From positions 15,100,150 through 15,164,149 of the forward strand of contig NC_134026.1 in the NCBI RefSeq assembly GCF_964204645.1: a DNA stretch of 64,000 bases. The letters run 5' to 3'. The notes below the pieces were generated by a model. That model was not told the origin of the DNA and did not search any database. It was given only the letters and a program-made list of their open reading frames with translations. A program made the translations under genes and the position numbers. The stretch comes from Tubulanus polymorphus (taxonomy: Eukaryota > Animalia > Nemertea). This document shows positions 22,823-31,584 of the stretch, in pieces; position 1 is the stretch's first letter, and each line of letters starts with the position of its first letter.

Positions 22823-25021
22823 GATTAGACACGGGTTTTTATACACGCAGCGCGCAACAAGTGAACAGTATTTGAGTTAGAAGTTAAGTGACCATATGAG
22901 ACCTTGTGATCTAGACTAATTGTACTTCTGTGATCAAGCTAATAGACAAACTAGGGGTCTGACTAATTATGCCTTTGATCCAGAGTGACTAGAAAACAGC
23001 ACTAATTATGGCCCTTGATCTAGCTGTTGAATAGTTTGCTTTGATGTATAGTTCTAAAGATCTAAAGAACGGCGTGTCTAATATAGAATTGAAAAGTTTA
23101 TTTCGATATAACCTGATAAATACTCAAAGTGTTTTCTATAAAGAGAAATCTAGAATATGTATTATTAATATACGTGAACCGGAATGTTCGAAATATGTCC
23201 GAGTTCAGTTTCAAAATTGCTTAATTCCTAATTAGTTTAGATGCGTTAATTAGCGGTGCGCGGCCGAGGCGTATTCCGATATACGCGTGTATACTAAATA
23301 GTCGTAAATGGTGAAATCCGGTTCTTAGTTAATCAAGTTTTCTCCGTATTCTAAAGCTTTTAAGAGCGGATTTTGAAATATCTACGCGGTATTCTACCGA
23401 AAATTGGATGAATTAGACAGCGCGGCGTCGGCGATTTAGTAGGAAGTTATAACCCGTAAGATCTAAATTACTGAGTGAGCGCGGGTGGTTAATTAGCCCT
23501 AATTATGGGTGACGAGTTTTGATAGAAATGTCTTACTAATACGTCTGTTTTAATTCTAAGTTCTTAAATATAATTCTATTAGATAAACTACGCTTATTTA
23601 GAGTTATTAGGATCGAGTAAAGCTATGTGAACTTGAACATGTGACAAATATATTCAGACCGGAGCGCGGGTATTCAGTAAATCGGTTTAAGCTTGCGTAG
23701 TTTGAGTGGTTCAAAAACACTATGATCTCTTCTTTAATCCGAAGGTTGAAATATATACGTGATATAAAACTCTTTTTGAATCGGGAATATTGGGCTGTGT
23801 TCTTTGAAAAAAAAAAACTGATGAGTTTGAAGGCGTCGTAACTGCGATTTTGTATAGAATTGAGTCGGATAATTAGTCAAGAGGCGCAGGTGGCCGATCG
23901 GTCACTAATTATGAGTGACTCGTAAACAGTGATTGATGTCCGTGGACTATTATTTATCCTATAAACTTCTTATACTTCTACAACCTATAGTGCGGTTTTT
24001 GAATATAGCTACTAATACTTTTGAGCGATCTCATTAGAATTGTTATGCGAAAATAAACTGTCTGTTTTAGAGAAATTTGAAACTTGACACCCGGGTCTAT
24101 ATAGAGTATGTTCCAAGAGTTGGCGCGTAGATACGATAATAGTTAATTAGGACGTAGCGGGTTAGGTCCCCGACCGAACGTTATAGATTAAACGGAGGTT
24201 AATTAGGGTGCCGCGGGTTCGAGTCCCGACCAGGCGCCGTTTAGTAATTGAATAGTTCTATTCTAAATGTTTTTTACCTATTCTGGATTCCTTTTAATTC
24301 TGAATCTTTGACGGATACAATAGTACTTTTCAGATGTTTCTACGATATAATCTTAGTGCCGACGCATATTTTCAAAATAAATAAGAGCGGTGGACAGGTT
24401 ACCGGTATCTAACGCGGGGCACCGGCAACCTGTCAGTACTAGCGGTTAATTTCGGAGCGGCGGGTACGGTTCCCGAGTATTCTCCGGAGCTTAATTCGGG
24501 TGCCGCGGGTTCGAGTCCCGATCAGGCGCGCCGTTTTAGTAATTGAGTATATTCTTACCTATTCTAGATTCCCTTTCTTTCTAAATTTATAATAGATTAA
24601 TTAATACTTTTCGGGTGTTTCTATGATATAATCACAGTGCTGACGCATATTTTCGAAATAGATAATAGCGGTGGACTGGTTACCGGTTTCTATCGTCCTG
24701 GGACAGGCAACCAGTCTGTACTAGCGGTTACGGTTCGGTTCCCGATATCGCGCTTTTGTTTATTTTTCTAACTGTTTCTGATATTTGGTCTGTCTTCTTA
24801 CTTACTGAATTTCGATTGAGTTTTCAAAGTAAAGCAGAGAGAACTAATTAAAAGATAAAAGGTTGATGATTCCTGTGGAGCTTGTGATCTTGGAGTTTGT
24901 TTTGTACTCTGTCTCTGAGCGGGTTTCTGCTTCAGGCGACGGAGGATGATTCTGCAAATAGATTGATGATTAATAATTAATCAGTTAAGATAATTTACGA
25001 GGGAAACCTGGCACGGGCTAA
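22823..25021 (-). promoter_or_regulatory. PLE unit 1 long non-coding leader (~2.2 kb), probably intron-containing
   Basis: Repeated at 29139-31284; no long ORF. Donor-like sites CA|GTAAGT (24805) and AG|GTAAGA (24558); acceptor-like TTCAG just before the ORF1 ATG; internal ~290-bp duplication. Confidence 0.6.
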
Positions 25022-25142
25022 GGTTAGGTTTAGAGATAGAGGTTAGGGGACCAAACCGAAGGTTTGGAGACCCCACTAGTGCACGGGCAGCGGGTTATCC
25101 CTGTAAAAAAGTAGTGAGAGTTAATTGTTGTAGTGAGGCGGT

Positions 25143-27602
25143 CTACGGGACGTTCATGCCTCGGGGCGTGTTCGTGTCGAGTCGTCGTATCCAGTCTTGT
25201 TCGGCTGCTTCGCGGATCGGTCTCGTGGAGCCTGGTAGGTGTTGGAGACCGTACACCCGAAAGTGTTCGCGGGTGTGGTCGACTTGGTTGAAGTGGTCCG
25301 AGACTGGAGTCGAATTCTTCGTTCTGATGCGTGAGACGTGATGAGTGACGCGTTCTCGTAGAGACATTCCGGTTTGGCCGACGTACAGCATGTTGCACTT
25401 GGTGCATTCGATGCAGTATACAATTTCACGGGCCGCGCAATTAATTGTGCTGCGGATCGCGTGCATTTTGTTGTGGCTGCGGCAAACGGTTGTTTCTCGG
25501 ACGAGTGGACACGTACGACATCTCGGTGTTCTGCATTTCTTGGTGCCTCGACGTCGGGTTGACGGAGTTCTTTGAGTAGACCTGGAAATAGAAGAATTGG
25601 AAACAACGGAAGTATTTCTGTTACGATGCGGTGAAGAGGGGACTCGGGGAGGGGGTGGCTCCGTGGGTTTGAGCTGCGACGAAGTTAGGAGATCTTTGAG
25701 ACTCTTGTGCTTGGTGTAGGCGGTGACCGTGGTTACCTCGTCAGACCGGCCGGTGGCCGTAGCCAGTTCCGTAAATCTGGTTCGGATGTTACGGGCTAGG
25801 GTTCGGTTGGCTTCGGAGTGAGGTAAGATAAGCGGTAAACGCTTTTTCGGCGGTTCGTCGGCCCGTTGTTGTTCTCGTAGATCTCGTTCGGCGTGGTGCC
25901 GTAGAGCTTGGCTTTTGATGTGTCGCAGTTCGCGGTCTTTGTAGCCACGACCTCTGAGTACTTTAAGGACGGTTCCGGACGCTGCGTGTAAGTCCGAATC
26001 GTTATTGCAGATGCGCCGGAACCGGAGAATTTGACTTTTAACTATACCGGAAAATGTGTGTTTAGGGTGAAACGAGGATCGATGTAGTAATTGATGCGAA
26101 TCGGTTGGTTTGAAGTAGACTTTGGTGTCTACTGTGCCACTTGTCTCGAATCGCGGGCCTTTGAAAGTGGTTACGTCCAGGAAGTTGACGCTGGTGTCGC
26201 TGATTTCGAACTTGAGTTTGATGGATCGGCTCACTGTTTGTAGGACGTCGATGAATTGCATCAACGTTTCGCGGCCGTGTTCCCAAACTATGTAGATGTC
26301 GTCGATGAACCGAGCGTATAGCGATGGTTGGAGTTCGCTTCTGGACAGACCTTCTTTTTCCCATTCGGCTACAAAGATATTGGCATAAGAAGGAGCAAAA
26401 CGCTTACCCATTGCGGTACCTTTTACCTGTAAATATGTGTTTTCGTTAAAGTTAAAGTCGTTTTTCTTCAGGCTGATTTCGAGTAGTTTCAGCAGCTCGG
26501 CACCCGGGCGTCCCGGGTTTGGGTTATCTCGGAGAGCTTGTCGGATGCTGGCGATACCCTCTTCGTGGGGGATGTTGGTGTAGAGCGAATCGATGTCCAT
26601 GGTGACGAGTAACGCATCGGCGCTAAATTGTTTACCGGCCAAAATATCTAGAAAGTGGTTGGTATCTTTGACGTACGACGGGTGACCGCGGGCGATCGGC
26701 TGCAAATAGTAGTCGATCCATTCCGAAATTTCGTAGGTTTCGGAGCCGCAGTCGGAGACGATCGGTCTCCCCGGCGGTACGCGATCGGGTACCGTCCACT
26801 TCTCGCGTTCTTTATGGATTTTGGGAAGCAGATAGAACTGCCTCTGTTTCGGATTATCGGGCAGTAATAGATATTCGGCGGTTTTTAGCGGGATGATTTT
26901 TCGTCGAGCCATATTTTCGATGATTTCGCGAATTTCTTCCCCGGTCTGTTCGAAGATCGGTTGCTGCAGCGGCTGATAATACTCGAGATCGGCTAGTTGG
27001 CGCATGGCTTCGTGGACGTAGTCGTCGCGGTCCATGATAACCGTGGCGGAACCCTTATCGGCGGCTTTGATGACAACATTAGTGTTGTCACGCAGCTGCT
27101 GGAGGGCTTCGCGTTCCTGTTTAGTGAGGTTATCATTTACGCGACGCGTATCCCTGGTCTGTTGAGCCAATTCGTGCGCGTCGTTGCAGAACCCGGCGAT
27201 TACTGGTTCTATTTCATCCGGAGCCCAACTGCTGGGCAGACGGAAACGCGGAGCCTCGCGGTCCGGTTTGTCTCGGAAGTGATGGTCGAGTTTCACTAGC
27301 CGGTTGAATCGGCACACTCCCTTGGTGCGCTCGGTCGCGGCGGCATCAGAACCGATTTTTGGAGTCGGGCAATAAGTGAGGCCCTTTCGGAGTAGCTGAT
27401 GTTGCGCCGGACTTAGGCGGAGTGAACGTGTGAGGTTGACCACCGGGCTCCCGAGAGCGGTGACCGGATCGCGTCGCGCTTGGTTTGGTGCCGGTTCTTC
27501 GTGTTCGTCGGACCTGGAAATGGAAGAAATCAGAGAAGCATTGGTTAATTCCGGTTGATTTAACTCACCAATAGTGGACCCGTTGGTCTCACTAATACTT
27601 AG
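25143..27602 (-). CDS. PLE ORF2: reverse transcriptase + Cys linker + GIY-YIG endonuclease (Neptune-like); no ATG start, frame open back to the ORF1 stop
   Basis: KAADKG, YLLPKIHK, GRPIVS, DIDSLYTNIP, GTAMG, RFIDD, FLD; CRTPRCRTC linker; IVYCIEC..C...YVGQT...R..HH, E.DWI..LDT..PRGMN. Confidence 0.95.
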   Translation of the reverse strand, partial: LSISETNGSTIGELNQPELTNASLISSISRSDEHEEPAPNQARRDPVTALGSPVVNLTRSLRLSPAQHQLLRKGLTYCPTPKIGSDAAATERTKGVCRFNRLVKLDHHFRDKPDREAPRFRLPSSWAPDEIEPVIAGFCNDAHELAQQTRDTRRVNDNLTKQEREALQQLRDNTNVVIKAADKGSATVIMDRDDYVHEAMRQLADLEYYQPLQQPIFEQTGEEIREIIENMARRKIIPLKTAEYLLLPDNPKQRQFYLLPKIHKEREKWTVPDRVPPGRPIVSDCGSETYEISEWIDYYLQPIARGHPSYVKDTNHFLDILAGKQFSADALLVTMDIDSLYTNIPHEEGIASIRQALRDNPNPGRPGAELLKLLEISLKKNDFNFNENTYLQVKGTAMGKRFAPSYANIFVAEWEKEGLSRSELQPSLYARFIDDIYIVWEHGRETLMQFIDVLQTVSRSIKLKFEISDTSVNFLDVTTFKGPRFETSGTVDTKVYFKPTDSHQLLHRSSFHPKHTFSGIVKSQILRFRRICNNDSDLHAASGTVLKVLRGRGYKDRELRHIKSQALRHHAERDLREQQRADEPPKKRLPLILPHSEANRTLARNIRTRFTELATATGRSDEVTTVTAYTKHKSLKDLLTSSQLKPTEPPPPRVPSSPHRNRNTSVVSNSSISRSTQRTPSTRRRGTKKCRTPRCRTCPLVRETTVCRSHNKMHAIRSTINCAAREIVYCIECTKCNMLYVGQTGMSLRERVTHHVSRIRTKNSTPVSDHFNQVDHTREHFRVYGLQHLPGSTRPIREAAEQDWIRRLDTNTPRGMNVP

Positions 27603-27608
27603 TTTAAA
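27572..27608 (-). promoter_or_regulatory. Candidate -1 programmed ribosomal frameshift signal (also at 16977-17013)
   Basis: GGT TTA AAC TAA gives an in-phase U_UUA_AAC heptamer, followed by a 7-nt spacer and hairpin TAGTGAGACC-AACG-GGTCCACTA. The -1 frame is ORF2. Confidence 0.8.
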
Positions 27609-29128
27609 CCACTGAGCCAGTGGTCCAGCAGGGTGTTAGCTGTACCACGGTTCCAGTGGATCCCGTCTCCAACAACTCTGAAGCGTCGATCATCGATGGG
27701 TGGTATCGCGGTGACGTCGTCGTGATTCTCGAGGAGTTCGTTGAACTTCCGGGCGAACTGCTGGTGTTCGCGGGTCGTGTTGAGTTGAACGAAGTGGACG
27801 AACGAGTGCTGATACTTTTTGACTGCGGCGTTGATCAGGCGCTGTGTAGTCTTCCTGGTGGTCGCTTCGAAGTTGTTGTCGCGGTCGTTGATTCCGACGG
27901 TGATGATCACCGTATCCGGGCGATCTCGGCGCTCCGGTACAGCATCGATCAGGTCGGCGAGATGAGCTATCTTGCAGCCGGGGATGCTCTCGATCTGGAC
28001 GTCATCCGGACGGCGGCTTGATGTGATGTTACTCAGATTTGAGTCACCAATCACCAGAATGGGTCGCCGGGTTGGTGGCAGACTCCAATCCTGTTTCTTC
28101 CGACCCGTATTCGGATGACGGCGAACTTCCTGGGGCGCCATCGGTCTCGGTGTTGGCGTCGGACTTCGCGCTGGCAGTAGGCGCCCTGGTGACCTGTAAT
28201 GAGACGGAGAGCTGGAAAGAAAAGAAGAGAGAGACGGCGTCGGACTGCTGGTTGGTGCGGTCGGCGTTCTCTGCGGCGGTGGCGTCGGACTTCTCGGTGG
28301 CGTCGGACTTCTTGGTGGCGGCGGCGGCGTCGGCATCGGACTTCTCGGTGGTGGCGCCATTCTGGTTGGTGGCGTCCTGGTGACATCCGCGTAGCTTCTC
28401 GGTGACCTGGAATTAGAAAAAGAAGGAGGCGCTGTGGGCGCGGCGGGCGCGGCTGCGGTTGGTGCAGGCGTCCTCGGCGTCGCGGGCTTTCGAATCTTCC
28501 GGCTCGGTCTCGGCGGCGGACGAATCTTCGGCTCCGTGGGTGCCTCCTGGTGGTGTGACCTGAAATGAGAAGGGGAAGAGGGTGGGTTAGATAGGACATT
28601 TCTGAGTTTGTCAGACAGAGCCTGACCGCGGAATTTCGACCGCAAATCCAGCGCGATGTTGAAAAGCCGGATCATTCCGGGGCTCAGACGGGAGCCGAAA
28701 TTCCTCCGGGCCCATGTCAGGGCGACATCCTGTGCTGATAGACAGTCCGGCAAAGGATCACCCATTAGCTCAACAAATGTGGCAGCATAATGGATGGTCA
28801 GCTCTTTCGAAACTGTCTCCATCCAGACGTCCGCGGCAGCGTGCAGCTGCACCGTTACTGCTTCGGTGCAAGCCGCCGGCCGCAGGAACATCTTCAGATG
28901 GTCCTTCTTCCTCCGAATCGCTTTCGGACCAGAGCTCAACTGGGCAAGGTGGTGCGCCACTTGAAGGGCCCTGTAGTAGCTTTTCGGCGACATCCCGGGT
29001 TGCTGGTGTCGCTCAGGGCGTCCTCCGCCCTTGCTGGTCTTCTCAGCTGGTGGTCGTTTCTTCTTAGATCGCTCCATTGACAGATATTTCGGCGAGGTTG
29101 CCTTCGTCAGTGTCAGTGCAGGAATCAT
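27599..29128 (-). CDS. PLE unit 2 ORF1: Pro-rich + SGNH/GDSL hydrolase (509 aa)
   Basis: IGDSN, PGCK, VGIND and DGIH motifs; near-identical to 17004-18563. Confidence 0.85.
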   Translation of the reverse strand: MIPALTLTKATSPKYLSMERSKKKRPPAEKTSKGGGRPERHQQPGMSPKSYYRALQVAHHLAQLSSGPKAIRRKKDHLKMFLRPAACTEAVTVQLHAAADVWMETVSKELTIHYAATFVELMGDPLPDCLSAQDVALTWARRNFGSRLSPGMIRLFNIALDLRSKFRGQALSDKLRNVLSNPPSSPSHFRSHHQEAPTEPKIRPPPRPSRKIRKPATPRTPAPTAAAPAAPTAPPSFSNSRSPRSYADVTRTPPTRMAPPPRSPMPTPPPPPRSPTPPRSPTPPPQRTPTAPTSSPTPSLSSFLSSSPSHYRSPGRLLPARSPTPTPRPMAPQEVRRHPNTGRKKQDWSLPPTRRPILVIGDSNLSNITSSRRPDDVQIESIPGCKIAHLADLIDAVPERRDRPDTVIITVGINDRDNNFEATTRKTTQRLINAAVKKYQHSFVHFVQLNTTREHQQFARKFNELLENHDDVTAIPPIDDRRFRVVGDGIHWNRGTANTLLDHWLSGLN

Positions 29129-29138
29129 GCTGAACTAG

Positions 29139-31284
29139 GATTAGACACGGGTTTTTATACACGCAGCGCGCAACAAGTGAACAGTATTTGAGTTAGAAGT
29201 TAAGTGACCATATGAGACCTTGTGATCTAGACTAATTGTACTTCTGTGATCAAGCTAATAGACAAACTAGGGGTTTGACTAATTATGCCTTTGATCCAGA
29301 GTGACTAGAAAACAGCACTAATTATGGCCCTTGATCTAGCTGTTGAATAGTTTATTTCGATATAACTTAATAAATACTCAAAGTGTTTTCTATAAAGAGA
29401 AATCTAGAATATGTATTATTAATATACGTGAACCGGAAAGTTCGAAATATGTCCGAATTCAGTTTCAAAATTGCTTAATTCCTAATTAGTTTAGATGCGT
29501 TAATTAGCGGTGCGCGGCCGAGGCGTTTTCCGATATACGCGTGTTTACTAAATAGTCGTAAATGGTGAAATCCGGTTATTAGTTAATCAAGTTTTCTCCC
29601 TATCTAAAGCTTTTAAGAGCGGATTTTGAAATATCTACGCGGTATTCTACCGAAAATTGGATGAATTAGACAGCGCGGCGTCGGCGATTTAGTAGGAAGT
29701 TATAACCCGTAAGATCTAAATTACTGAGTGAGCGCGGGTGGGTAATTAGCCCTAATTACGGGTGACGAGTTTTGATAGAAAAGTCTTACTAATACGTCTG
29801 TTTTAATTCTAAGTTCTTAAATATAATTCTATTAGATGAACTACGCTTATTTAGAGTTATTAGGATCGAGTAAAGCTATGTATAGGGGAGCCGATCTTGA
29901 ACATGTGTCAAATATATTCAGACCGGAGCGCGGGTATTCAGTAAATCGGTTTAAGCTTGCGTAGTTTGAGTGGTTCAAAAACACTATGATCTCTTCTTTA
30001 ATCCGAAGGTTGAAATATATACGTGATATAAGACTCTTTTTGAATCGGGAATATTGTGCCGTGTTCTTTGATACAAACTGATGAGTTTGAAGGCGTCGTA
30101 ACTGCGATTTTGTATAGAATTGAGTCGGATAATTATAAATTAGTCAAGAGGCGCAGGTGGCCGATCGGTCACTAATTATGAGTGACTTGTAAACAGTGAT
30201 TGATGTCCGTGGACTATTATTTATCCTCTAAACTTCTTATACTTCTACAACCTATAGTGCGGTTTTAGAATATAGCTACTAATACTTTTAAGCGATGTCA
30301 TTAGAATTGTTATCCGAAAATAAACTGTCTGTTTTAGAGAAATTTGAAACTTGACACCCGGGTCTTTATAGAGTATGTTCCAAGAGTTGGCGCGTAGATA
30401 CGATAATAGTTAATTAGGACGTAGCGGGTTAGGTCCCCGACCGAACGTTATAGATTAAACGGAGGTTAATTAGGGTGCCGCGGGTTCGAGTCCCGACCAG
30501 GCGCCGTTTAGTAATTGAATAGTTCTATTCTAAATGTTTTTACCTATTCTGGATTCCTTTTAATTCTGAATCTTTAACGGATACAATAGTACTTTTCAGA
30601 TGTTTCTACGATATAATCTTGGTGATACGCATATTTTCAAAATAAATAAGAGCGGAGGACTGGTTACCGGTATCTAACGCGGGGCACCGGCAACCGGTCA
30701 GTACTAGCGGTTAATTTCGGAGCGGCGGGTATGGTTCCCGAGTATTCTCCGGAGCTTAATTCGGGTGCCGCGGGTTCGAGTCCCGATCAGGCGCGCCGTT
30801 TTAGTAATTGAGTATATTCTTACCTATTCTAGATTCCCTTTATTTCTAAATTTATAATAGATTAATTAATACTTTTCGGGTGTTTCTATGATATAATCTC
30901 AGTGCTGACGCATATTTTCGAAATAGATAATAGCGGTGGACTGGTTACTGGTTTCTATCGTCCTGGGACAGGCAACCAGTCTGTACTAGCGGCGGGTTCG
31001 GTTCCCGATATCGCGCTTTTGTTTATTTTTCTAACTGTTTCTGATATTTGGTCTGTCTTCTTACTTACTGAATTTCGATTGAGTTTTCAAAGTAAAGCAG
31101 AGAGAACTAATTAAAAGATAAAAGGTTGATGATTCCTGTGGAGCTTGTGATCTTGGAGTTTGTTTTGTACTCTGTCTCTGAGCGGGTTTCTGCTTCAGGC
31201 GACGGAGGATGATTCTGCAAATAAATTGATGATTAATAATTAATCAGTTAAGATAATTTACGAGGGAAACCTGGCACGGGCTAA
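29139..31284 (-). promoter_or_regulatory. PLE unit 2 long non-coding leader
   Basis: Copy of 22823-25021. Confidence 0.6.
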
Positions 31285-31584
31285 GGTTAGGTTTAGAGAT
31301 AGAGGTTAGGGGACCAAACCGAAGGTTTGGAGACCCCACTAGTGCACGGGCAGCGGGTTATCCCTGTAAAAAAGTAGTAAGAGTTAATTGTTGTAGTGAG
31401 GCGGTCTACGGGACGTTCATGCCTCGGGGCGTGTTCGTGTCGAGTCGTCGTATCCAGTCTTGTTCGGCTGCTTCGCGGATCGGTCTCGTGAAGCCTGGTA
31501 GGTGTTGGAGACCGTACACCCGAAAGTGTTCGCGGGTGTGGTCGACTTGGTTGAAGTGGTCCGAGACTGGAGTCGAATTCTTCG
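31285..31584 (-). repeat. PLE upstream pseudo-LTR (3' 300 bp of a further 5'-truncated unit)
   Basis: Near-identical to 25022-25321 (end of GIY-YIG + 3' tail); abuts Polinton B polB. Confidence 0.9.

Larger units (their letters stand above)
14549..25021 (-). mobile_element. Penelope-like element unit 1 (inactivated; contains LINE insertion)
   Basis: Near-identical to 25022-31284 apart from the LINE insertion and small indels. Confidence 0.92.
25022..31284 (-). mobile_element. Penelope-like element unit 2 (apparently intact, 6263 bp)
   Basis: Leader + ORF1 + ORF2 + 3' tail, flanked by the repeated 3' end (pLTR arrangement). Confidence 0.93.

Noticed and set aside
22808-22846. N-terminus MYKNPCLILVQH of LINE ORF1
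   Set aside because: Derived from the PLE leader and TSD with a GTG start; not part of the LINE.
23815-23850. CTGATGAG as a hammerhead ribozyme core (also ~30078)
   Set aside because: Antisense to the PLE, with no stem II followed by GAAA.
24190-24540. Functional tRNA genes
   Set aside because: Only T-arm/3'-half similarity; no convincing D-arm or acceptor stem.
24918-24945. CTGAAGCAGAAAC (minus) as a minimal hammerhead near the pLTR
   Set aside because: Conserved A9 is missing, and no stem II or stem III pairing is visible.
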